Position numbers and translations under genes: made by a program | Notes under the pieces: model-generated | What the model saw: only the letters and a program-made list of their open reading frames with translations | Told to the model about the DNA's origin: nothing | The model's database searches: none | In this document: positions 43,569-51,603 of the stretch, piece by piece | Layout: each line of letters begins with the position of its first letter | How positions within the stretch are numbered: the first letter of the stretch is position 1 | Source of the DNA: an uncultured Gemmatimonadales bacterium | GTDB lineage: Bacteria; Gemmatimonadota; Gemmatimonadetes; Gemmatimonadales; GWC2-71-9 | DNA: 64,000 nt | NCBI GenBank assembly: GCA_963779755.1 | Contig: CAVZZO010000001.1 | Coordinates: forward strand, 1,888,001-1,952,000 | Reading direction: 5' to 3'

Positions 43569-44174
43569 GTGACTCCTGATTCCGGCTCGACCCGCGACGC
43601 GGCGGGGCTGGTGACCGCCGAATTGCATGCCCTCGCCGATCTGGCCCGTGCCACCGCGGCCGATGCCGGCCTCATCATCCGCATCGCCGATCGCTACGCC
43701 GCGGTGCTGCGCGAAGGGGGCGCGCTGCTCTTTGCCGGGAACGGCGGCAGCGCCGCCGACGCGCAGCACCTGGCCACCGAATACGTGGTGCGCTTCCGGC
43801 GTGCCCGCCGGCCCTTTGCCGCCCTTGCGCTCACCACCGACAGCTCCCTGCTTACCGCCGCCGGCAACGATCTCGGGTTCGAGGCGATCTTCGCCCGGCA
43901 GGTGGAGGCGCTGGCGCGCCCCGGCGATCTGCTGGTGCTCCATACCACGAGCGGCGAGAGCCCCAACCTGTTGCGGGCCGCCGAAGCCGCCCGCGCCCGC
44001 GGCATCCCGGTGGTCGCCTTCCTGGGGCGGGGCGGAGGCCGCCTGCGCGCCCTGGCCGACGAGGCGCTGGTGATCGCCTCCGCTGAAACCAGTCACATCC
44101 AGGAGCTGCAGATGGCGGTGGAGCATATCATTGTCGAGCTGGTGGAGCGCCGCTTCGCCGGAGACGACGCATGA
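43569..44174 (+). CDS. gmhA: Phosphoheptose isomerase (SIS domain)
   Basis: GNGGSAADAQHLATE, TDSSLLTAAGND, FARQVEA, TSGESPN, IQE...H. Confidence 0.88.
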   Translation: MTPDSGSTRDAAGLVTAELHALADLARATAADAGLIIRIADRYAAVLREGGALLFAGNGGSAADAQHLATEYVVRFRRARRPFAALALTTDSSLLTAAGNDLGFEAIFARQVEALARPGDLLVLHTTSGESPNLLRAAEAARARGIPVVAFLGRGGGRLRALADEALVIASAETSHIQELQMAVEHIIVELVERRFAGDDA

Positions 44175-44920
44175 TCGATCTGTCCGGCCGGATTGTGTTG
44201 GTGACCGGGGGGAACCGGGGCATCGGCCGTGCGACCGTGCTGCTGCTGGCGCGGGCCGGCGCCGACGTGGCGCTCACTTACCGCACCCGGGAAGCCGAGG
44301 CGCAGGGGGTGGCGGAGGAGGTGAGGGCGCTGGGCCGGCGCGCGCTGGTTGCGGGCGGCGACCTGGCCGAGGCCGGGGTCAATGACCGGATCTTCGGTGC
44401 CATCCACGACAGCTTCGGCCGGCTCGACGGCTTCGTCGCGAATGCGGGCATCTGGCCGGCGGACGAGGCGGCCCTGCGGGACATGTCCCCCGAGCGCTGG
44501 CGCCGGACGCTCGCCGCCAACCTCGATTCGGTCTACTACAGCACCCGCGGCGCGCTGCGCCTGATGCAAGGCGGGGCCGTGGTGCTGGTTTCCAGCACCG
44601 CGGGACAGCGGGGCGAGGCCTGGCACGGCGATTACGCGGCGAGCAAGGGCGCCATTATCTCGCTCACCAAATCGCTGGCGGTCGAGTGCGCGCCTGCGAT
44701 CACGGTGAATTCGGTGGCTCCCGGCTGGGTGGATACGGAGATGAGCGCCATTCCCTATGCCGGGGGCGGCAAGGAGCGGATCGCCGCGACCATTCCGCTG
44801 CACCGTGTGGCCAGCGCGGAGGATGTGGCCGGGCCCATCGTGTTTCTGCTCTCCGACCTGGCGCGCCACATTACGGGAGAAATCCTCAACGTGAATGGCG
44901 GCAGCGTTCTCTGTGGCTGA
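44171..44920 (+). CDS. SDR family oxidoreductase (FabG-like)
   Basis: TGGNRGIG, ANAG, YAASK, VNSVAPG, ITGEILNVNGG. Confidence 0.92.
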   Translation: MIDLSGRIVLVTGGNRGIGRATVLLLARAGADVALTYRTREAEAQGVAEEVRALGRRALVAGGDLAEAGVNDRIFGAIHDSFGRLDGFVANAGIWPADEAALRDMSPERWRRTLAANLDSVYYSTRGALRLMQGGAVVLVSSTAGQRGEAWHGDYAASKGAIISLTKSLAVECAPAITVNSVAPGWVDTEMSAIPYAGGGKERIAATIPLHRVASAEDVAGPIVFLLSDLARHITGEILNVNGGSVLCG

Positions 44921-46154
44921 TCTGGAGCCCGGTCGCGGCCGGCCGGGCGAAACGGCCGGCGTGCTCGACGTTCCCGACGAGGTTCTGGCCATCGCCCGCC
45001 GGCTGGAGGAGCACGGCCACGAGGCATGGTGCGTGGGCGGCGCGGTGAGGGACGCGCTGCTCGGCCTGGCCCACGCCGACTTCGACCTCGCTACCTCCGC
45101 CCGGCCGGAGGAGGTCCAGGCGCTCTTCCGGCGGACGGTGCCGGTCGGCATCCAGTTCGGCACGGTCGGCGTGCTGGACCGGCACGGCCGGCTGCACGAG
45201 GTCACCACCTTCCGCCGTGATGTCTCCACCGACGGCCGACGGGCGGTGGTCGCCTATGGCGTTTCGCTGGACCAGGACCTTGCCCGCCGCGACTTCACCA
45301 TCAACGCCATCGCCTATCACCCGCTGAAGCACGAGTGGCGCGACCTGTTCGAGGGTCGCGGCGATCTCGAGCGCGGGCTGGTCCGGGCGGTGGGCGTGCC
45401 GGGCGAGCGATTCCAGGAGGATTACCTGCGGATTCTCCGCTGTGTCCGTTTCGCCGCGCGATTCGACTTCGCGGTGGACCCGCCGACCTGGGAGGCGGCT
45501 CAGGCGGCCAGTCCCGGCCTGGGAGGCCTTTCCGCCGAGCGGGTGCGCGACGAGTGGTTCAAGAGCCTGGCCGGCGCGCAGCGGCTTCTCCGGTTCGTCA
45601 CGCTCTGGCGGGACGCCGGCGTGGCGCAGGTGTGGACTCCCGAGCTGCGGCCTGCCGGCGAGCTGGAGGCGATTCCCGCCCTTTCCCGGACGGCGCCGCC
45701 GCCCGGCGAGGCACGCGACGCGGTCCTGCTGACGGTGCTGCTCTGCCGGGATGCCGCCCGCCTGCTGGAACGGCTGCGGGCCTCGCGGGCGCAGATCGGC
45801 CGGGCCGAAGCCATGGAGCGGGGGCCGGTCGAGCCCGGCGGCAGCGGCGAGGTTGCTGTGCGGCGCTGGCTGGCCGCCACCGGCCCGGCGGCCGACGATC
45901 TCACCGCCCTGTGGACGCTGCGGCATGACGCGCCCGCCCCCTGGGAAGCACCGGTTCGGGCCATCCGGGCGCGGCGCGATCCCCTGGCCCGAGGCGACCT
46001 GGCGCTGAACGGGGCGGACCTCCTGGAGGCCGGCGTGCCGCAGGGGCCTGAACTGGGGCGCATGCTGGACTTTCTGCTCGACCGGGTGCTGGAGAATCCG
46101 GGGCTGAACCAGCGTGGCCGCCTGCTGGCGCTGGTGGCGGAGCGGCGGACATGA
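44913..46154 (+). CDS. cca: Class II CCA tRNA nucleotidyltransferase; start uncertain (44895/44913/44961)
   Basis: VGGAVRD, DFDLAT, EVTTFR, DGRR loop, DLARRDFTINA, EDYLR, LSAERVRDE. Confidence 0.88.
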   Translation: MADLEPGRGRPGETAGVLDVPDEVLAIARRLEEHGHEAWCVGGAVRDALLGLAHADFDLATSARPEEVQALFRRTVPVGIQFGTVGVLDRHGRLHEVTTFRRDVSTDGRRAVVAYGVSLDQDLARRDFTINAIAYHPLKHEWRDLFEGRGDLERGLVRAVGVPGERFQEDYLRILRCVRFAARFDFAVDPPTWEAAQAASPGLGGLSAERVRDEWFKSLAGAQRLLRFVTLWRDAGVAQVWTPELRPAGELEAIPALSRTAPPPGEARDAVLLTVLLCRDAARLLERLRASRAQIGRAEAMERGPVEPGGSGEVAVRRWLAATGPAADDLTALWTLRHDAPAPWEAPVRAIRARRDPLARGDLALNGADLLEAGVPQGPELGRMLDFLLDRVLENPGLNQRGRLLALVAERRT

Positions 46155-46870
46155 CGCCATTCTGGTTTGCGCTGGCTGCCGCGGCCGGCAACCTGCTCGG
46201 CGCACTCGCCGTGGTCCGGCGTGAGCGGCGCAGCCTGCAGCTCATCGAGTTGTTCGTGGGATTCGGCGCCGGGTTCATGCTGGCGGTGGCCGTGCTCGAG
46301 GTACTGCCCGAGGCGTTCGCCGGCTCCAGCCATGCCGCCTACTACGTGCTGCTGGGCTACCTGGCGGTGCACCTGGCCCAGCACGTCTTCGTGCCGCATT
46401 TCCATTTTGGCGAGGAGACGCATGCGGTCACCCCGCACGCCGGCACCGGCGCGCTGATCGGGTTGTCGCTGCATACCTTCTTCGACGGCGTGGCCATCGC
46501 CAGCGGGTTCCTGGTGTCGCCTTCGCTGGGCATTCTGCTGTTCCTGGCGGTCCTGCTGCACAAGCTGCCCGAAGGCGTGGCCATCGCCAGCGTCATGGTG
46601 GCATCGGGGCAGGGGCGCCGTCGCGCGATTGGCGCCGGCGCGCTGCTGGGGTTCGCCACACTGCTGGGCGTCTTTGCCACCGAGGGTGCCTCGGTCCTCA
46701 CCCGGCACGGTCTGGCGCTGTCGGCCGGCGTCACCATCTATGTGGCCGCCTCGGACCTGGTACCTCAGATCCAGGGGAAACACGGCTGGCGCATGCCGGC
46801 GGCTTTCTTCAGCGGAGCCGCGGCGTTTTTTCTTACCCAGCTGCTGCTGACGGCGGCGGGAGTAGGGTGA
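46151..46870 (+). CDS. ZIP family metal transporter
   Basis: FGAGFML, HFHFGEE loop, HTFFDG, LHKLPEG, YVAASDLVP. Confidence 0.9.
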   Translation: MTPFWFALAAAAGNLLGALAVVRRERRSLQLIELFVGFGAGFMLAVAVLEVLPEAFAGSSHAAYYVLLGYLAVHLAQHVFVPHFHFGEETHAVTPHAGTGALIGLSLHTFFDGVAIASGFLVSPSLGILLFLAVLLHKLPEGVAIASVMVASGQGRRRAIGAGALLGFATLLGVFATEGASVLTRHGLALSAGVTIYVAASDLVPQIQGKHGWRMPAAFFSGAAAFFLTQLLLTAAGVG

Positions 46871-46911
46871 GGGGCGTGGAAGAGCTGAGGACTGACGACT
46901 GAAGCCGGGCA

Positions 46912-47075
46912 CGCCAGGCTCAGTGTCACCCTGAGGGGCGCAGCGGCCGAAGGGGCCGACACCCGGGGAAGCTTCGGCCCCTTCGCTTCGCTCAGGGTGA
47001 CAATCGTATCCCGTCACGGGGCGCCAGGCTCGGTGTCACGCTGAGGGAGCGCAGCGACCGAAGGGGCCGACACCC
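46912..47075. repeat. TGTCA-type palindromic element (79-nt hairpin) plus a partial direct copy
   Basis: tgtcaccctgag...gaaggggccga...tcggccccttcg...ctcagggtgaca at 46924-47002; 46912-46964 repeated at 47022-47075. Confidence 0.85.
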
Positions 47076-47090
47076 TATTACGATTCAGGC

Positions 47091-48455
47091 ATGACCGCTC
47101 CCTCGCTGTTCTCCGCTCCCGAGCCTCTGGCCGCGCGGCTGCGCCCGCGCACCCTGGAGGAGTTCGTGGGGCAGGAGCACCTCCTGGGGCCGGGCCGCGC
47201 GCTGGGCGAGGCCATTCGCCGGGGCGATGTGGGGAGTCTCATCTTCTGGGGGCCGCCCGGCTCCGGCAAAACCACGCTGGCCCGGCTGGTTGCCCGGTAC
47301 ACGGACCGGGAGTTCGTGGCCTTCAGCGCGGTCACCGAGGGGGTGGCCCGGGTGCGGGAGATCATCCGGGAGGCCGAGCAGCGGCGCACGCTGGGGCGGG
47401 GAACCATTCTCTTCTGCGACGAAATCCACCGGTTCAACCGGGCGCAGCAGGATGCGTTTCTGCCGTTCGTGGAGAACGGCGTCATCACGCTGATCGGCGC
47501 CACCACGGAAAACCCCAGCTTCGAGCTGAACGCGGCTCTGCTCTCGCGTTGCCGGGTGTACGTGCTCCAGCCGCTGGGCGCCGGCGAGATCGTCACCCTG
47601 CTGCGCCGTGCCCTGGAGGATGCCGGCGAAGGTCTCGGGGCGTTGCGATTGCAGGCGGACGACGCGGTGCTGGAGTATCTGGCCGTGCAGGCCGATGGCG
47701 ATGCGCGCCGGGCGCTCAGCGTTCTGGAAGCGGCAGCCCAGCAACTCGGCGCCGGCGGCGAACTCACCCGCGATCTCGTGGCCGAGGTGCTGGCCCGGCG
47801 GTTACCGGCGTACGACAAAAGCGGCGAGGGACACTACAACCTCATCTCCGCGCTGCACAAGGCGGTGCGGGGCAGCGACCCGCAGGCGGCGCTCTACTGG
47901 CTGGCGCGGATGATCGACGGTGGCGAGGACCCGCTCTATATCGCCCGCCGGGTGGTACGCATGGCCGCCGAGGACATCGGCTTGGCCGATCCGCAGGCGC
48001 TCGCGCTCACCATCGCGGCGCGGGACACGTTCGAGTTCCTGGGCGCTCCCGAGGGCGAGCTGGCGCTGGCGCAGGCGGTGGTCTATCTGGCCACGGCGCC
48101 GAAATCGAACCGGGTATACGCCGCGTGGGACAAGGCGCTGCGAGCGGCCCGGGACACGCCCGCCGCTCCGGTGCCGCTGCACATCCGGAACGCGCCCACC
48201 GGCCTCATGAAGTCGCTAGGCTACGGCAAGGGCTATCGCTACGCGCACAGCGAGCCGGAAGGGTACGCGGCCCAGGAATACTTTCCGGACGAGGTCCGCG
48301 AGCGTCAGTATTATCAGCCGGGATCGTTCGGCTATGAAAAGAAGATCGGTGAGCGCCTGGAGTGGTGGCACCGGCTGAAAGCGCGGGCCGCGGCTGCGCC
48401 CGACGCCGGCGGCGATGCGGCCGGCGACCGGGACGAGCAGGAGGAAACGGAATGA
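47091..48455 (+). CDS. rarA: Replication-associated recombination protein A
   Basis: [65 protein letters not shown]. Confidence 0.96.
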   Translation: MTAPSLFSAPEPLAARLRPRTLEEFVGQEHLLGPGRALGEAIRRGDVGSLIFWGPPGSGKTTLARLVARYTDREFVAFSAVTEGVARVREIIREAEQRRTLGRGTILFCDEIHRFNRAQQDAFLPFVENGVITLIGATTENPSFELNAALLSRCRVYVLQPLGAGEIVTLLRRALEDAGEGLGALRLQADDAVLEYLAVQADGDARRALSVLEAAAQQLGAGGELTRDLVAEVLARRLPAYDKSGEGHYNLISALHKAVRGSDPQAALYWLARMIDGGEDPLYIARRVVRMAAEDIGLADPQALALTIAARDTFEFLGAPEGELALAQAVVYLATAPKSNRVYAAWDKALRAARDTPAAPVPLHIRNAPTGLMKSLGYGKGYRYAHSEPEGYAAQEYFPDEVRERQYYQPGSFGYEKKIGERLEWWHRLKARAAAAPDAGGDAAGDRDEQEETE

Positions 48456-48934
48456 AGCTGGCCGGAGTGCTGCTGAGCGGAGTCCTGGCCGGGTGTGCGG
48501 CAATCGGGATGACGAAGTTTCAGACGCCCGGCATCGTGGTGGATGCCGTGACGCTCCGGAGCGTGAGTACCTCGGGGGGGACGCTCGACGTCACGCTGAA
48601 CGTGGACAACCCCAATCGCTTCGATCTCAAGGGCGTCGGGCTCGACCTCGGACTGGATGTCGAGGGCGTGCACTTCGGGGACGCCCGGTACAGCGAGCAG
48701 TTCCAGTTGCCGAAGGAGCAGGTCACCGCGGTGACGGTGCCGGTGAGTTTCACCTGGGCGGGTGTCGGTACCGCGGCCCGGGCGATTCTCAGCCGGGGCG
48801 AGGTCGAGTACAGGGTGGACGGTACCACCCGGCTGCAGACGCCCTATGGCCGGGAACAGCTGCCTTTCACGCGCACGGGGACTCTGTCGCTTGGCCAGCC
48901 CGCCGGGAGCGGGCCGGCTCCGGGAAAGGACTGA
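48452..48934 (+). CDS. LEA type 2 (WHy) domain lipoprotein
   Basis: LAGC lipobox, [20 protein letters not shown] coupling to rarA. Confidence 0.85.
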   Translation: MKLAGVLLSGVLAGCAAIGMTKFQTPGIVVDAVTLRSVSTSGGTLDVTLNVDNPNRFDLKGVGLDLGLDVEGVHFGDARYSEQFQLPKEQVTAVTVPVSFTWAGVGTAARAILSRGEVEYRVDGTTRLQTPYGREQLPFTRTGTLSLGQPAGSGPAPGKD

Positions 48935-48940
48935 GCAGGT

Positions 48941-50233
48941 ATTCGCAATCTGATTACGGTCGAACCACCGGTCGAGCGCGCCATCCTTGTGGCCGCGCCC
49001 CGGAAGGGCTCGCAGGACGCCGCAGAAATCGACGAACACCTGGCCGAGCTGGGACGGTTGGTCGATACCGCCGGCGCGGAGGTGGTGGGACGGCTCTCGC
49101 AGCAGATCGCCGCGCCCAATCCCGGATTGCTCATCGGGGAGGGCAAACTGGAGGAGCTGAAGGCGCTCGCGACCGGCGCGCGCGCCACCCTGGTGATCTT
49201 CGACGAGGAGCTGAGCCCGGTTCAGGGCGCCAATCTGGAGCGGGAGCTGGGGCTCCGCGTCATGGACCGGGCCGAGGTGATCCTCGACATCTTCTCCACC
49301 CGCGCCCGGACCCACGAAGCCAAACTGCAGGTCGAGCTGGCGCAGCTGGAATACCTGCTGCCCCGGCTGACCCGCATGTGGACCCACCTCTCGCGCATCC
49401 GCGGGGGCATCGGCCTGCGGGGCCCGGGCGAGACCCAGCTGGAAACCGACCGGCGGATCATCCGGCGGCGGATCCAGGCGCTGCGGGAGAAGCTGCGCGG
49501 GGTGGAGCGGCACCGCGAGACTCTGCGCGCCGGCCGGCAGGGTCTCCTGAGCGTCGCCCTGGTGGGCTACACCAACGCCGGCAAGTCCAGCGTGCTGCGC
49601 GGGCTCACCGGCGAGCGCGACATCTTCGTCGAAGACCGGCTCTTCGCCACCCTGGATACTCTCACCCGCGAGGTCGATCTGGGCGACGGCAGCCGGGTGC
49701 GGGTGAGCGATACCGTCGGTTTCATCCGGAAGTTGCCGCACCACCTGGTCGCCAGCTTCCGGGCGACGCTGGAGGAAGTCCGGCAGGCCGACCTGCTGTT
49801 GCATGTGGTGGATGCGAGCGACCCGCAGTGGGAGGAGCAGATGCGGGTGGTGGACGAGGTCCTGGCGGAGCTGGAGATTACCGACCGGACGATCGTTCCG
49901 GTCTTCAACAAGATCGATCGCGTGCCCCATCCGAAGGCCTTTGCCGAGCGGGCGCGCCGGCTCTATCCCGCCTCCGTCCTGACGAGCGCCACGCGGGAGG
50001 GCGGGCTCGACGACCTGCGCGCCCTGCTGCGCGAGCGGGAGCGCGCGTCGCGCCCGCCGGTGCGGGTACGCGTCCCGCTGGCCGACGGCGCCCGGCTGGC
50101 GGAGGTGTACCGCCTGGGCGAGGTGCTGAGCCGGGAACAGTCCAACGGGGTCTTCGAGCTGATAGTGCGTATGGATCCGGCGGAGGCGGAGCGTTTGCGC
50201 GGATCAGGTACCGACGTAAGGCGTGAGACGTAA
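48941..50233 (+). CDS. hflX: GTPase HflX (probable non-canonical start; first GTG at 48989)
   Basis: ERAILV, ILDIFSTRARTHEAKLQVELAQLEY, RGPGETQLETDRR, GYTNAGKS, LFATLD, DTVGF, NKID. Confidence 0.95.
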   Translation: MRNLITVEPPVERAILVAAPRKGSQDAAEIDEHLAELGRLVDTAGAEVVGRLSQQIAAPNPGLLIGEGKLEELKALATGARATLVIFDEELSPVQGANLERELGLRVMDRAEVILDIFSTRARTHEAKLQVELAQLEYLLPRLTRMWTHLSRIRGGIGLRGPGETQLETDRRIIRRRIQALREKLRGVERHRETLRAGRQGLLSVALVGYTNAGKSSVLRGLTGERDIFVEDRLFATLDTLTREVDLGDGSRVRVSDTVGFIRKLPHHLVASFRATLEEVRQADLLLHVVDASDPQWEEQMRVVDEVLAELEITDRTIVPVFNKIDRVPHPKAFAERARRLYPASVLTSATREGGLDDLRALLRERERASRPPVRVRVPLADGARLAEVYRLGEVLSREQSNGVFELIVRMDPAEAERLRGSGTDVRRET

Positions 50234-50268
50234 GGAGTACCAGCCCGCCTCACGCCTTACGCCTCACG
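50215..50268. repeat. Inverted heptamer repeats (CGTRAGR)x3 / (CCTYACG)x3 between convergent genes
   Basis: cgtaagg cgtgaga cgtaagg ... cctcacg ccttacg cctcacg; contains the hflX TAA. Confidence 0.85.
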
Positions 50269-50269
50269 A

Positions 50270-51400
50270 TCACTCCCCGTTCAATATCTGCTCCATCACC
50301 AGCCAGCGGTCCATGCCGGCGAACTTCTGGTGCATCCGGGTGCTGGGCGGCCCGTCCGGATGGGATTCTTCCTCGATCTGCAGATCGGCCAGCGCTTCCA
50401 GCCCCTGATTCAGGAACTTGCGCAACCCGCGCTCCAGCGCCTGCCCCGCCGTGCGGAAATTGAACAGCGTGGAGAACTGGAGGATGTAGCCCAGGTCGGC
50501 CAGTTGCTGATTGGTGATCAGGTGCCCCGCCTGCTTGGCCCGGCCAAAATAGAGGGAGGGCGACAGGTTGAATCCCAGCATCTGGGCAGGGTAGTGCTTC
50601 CGCACCCCCTCGGCGAACTCGGTGGGCTGCACCAGGTCGGTATTGTTGAATTCCGCCCAGATCACGTCCACGCCGAGGTCGGCGGCCTCCAGGGCATCGT
50701 CGATGGCCATGGAGACACCGCCCCGGTCGTGCCCGGGCACGGCGCCGTCCACCGAGTCGGTGCGGGCGATGATCACGACATCGATCCCGCTGGCCTGCGC
50801 GGCCGCCTTGATCGCCTTCAGTTTGGCAATCCACGCCTTGCGGGGGACCAGCACCTTGGCCCGCTTCTGGCCCTCCACCTTGACGATGTGCCCGCAGGTG
50901 CGCTCGGACGGGTCCTGGTTCTCGAGGTGCACGCCCCCGGCGCCGGCCCGGATGAGCTCGGTGGCCAGCGTGAAGGTCTGGCCCGGGCCGCCGAAGCCGG
51001 CTTCCATGTCCACGAAGAGGGGCGGCACCTGCAGCACCTCCTTGCCGCCGGTCTCGTAGAAGCGGGTGTGTCGGGCGCCTTCGATGCCACGCCACAGTTC
51101 GTGGACCAGGCGCACCATGTCATGGGAGCCATACACCCCGATATCCGGGTACATGCTCTTGGTGGCCGCCAGCTGCCACCCGCTGCCGTAGAGCGATGTG
51201 AACCCCAGGCGCGTCATGATGGCAGCGGTGAACGCATCGTAGGCGCCGACCGTATGGAGATAACTGCCCTGCTCGCGGGCCTGGTGCAGCAGGCGGCGCA
51301 GTTTGTCCGCGGGCCGCTCGCTCTCGGGGGGGGCGAACAGCCGCGACAGCTCCTGGGCGGGATAGTTCTCGCTCTTCCTCGGCGGTGTTGCCGTGGCCAT
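50270..51400 (-). CDS. aceA: Isocitrate lyase family protein, divergent
   Basis: YGSGWQ, MYPD, DMEAGFGG, HLENQ..RTCGH, KVLVP, IIARTD, NLSPS; AAGGAG SD before ATG 51400. Confidence 0.75.
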   Translation of the reverse strand: MATATPPRKSENYPAQELSRLFAPPESERPADKLRRLLHQAREQGSYLHTVGAYDAFTAAIMTRLGFTSLYGSGWQLAATKSMYPDIGVYGSHDMVRLVHELWRGIEGARHTRFYETGGKEVLQVPPLFVDMEAGFGGPGQTFTLATELIRAGAGGVHLENQDPSERTCGHIVKVEGQKRAKVLVPRKAWIAKLKAIKAAAQASGIDVVIIARTDSVDGAVPGHDRGGVSMAIDDALEAADLGVDVIWAEFNNTDLVQPTEFAEGVRKHYPAQMLGFNLSPSLYFGRAKQAGHLITNQQLADLGYILQFSTLFNFRTAGQALERGLRKFLNQGLEALADLQIEEESHPDGPPSTRMHQKFAGMDRWLVMEQILNGE

Positions 51401-51603
51401 CTGGGAGGCTCCTTTGGTCAGGGCACGAGTTCCCGGCCCTCGCGGGCGAGGCCTTCCGGGTTGTCTGTGTAAAATAACGGGTTTCGGCGTCTGTTCGGCC
51501 AGGGGCGCCGCCACCAGCAGGGGAGTTCAAGATGCGGGCCGCCGCCGGGGCGGCGATGTGGGCGGGCGCACGGCGGAGCGGTGGCCGCCCCACCGTCAGC
51601 GGC

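Noticed and set aside
48452..50233. Stop-codon read-through fusion of the LEA lipoprotein and HflX (same frame, single TGA)
   Set aside because: An exported lipoprotein fused to a cytoplasmic ribosome GTPase is implausible and no recoding signal is evident; a near-cognate start is simpler
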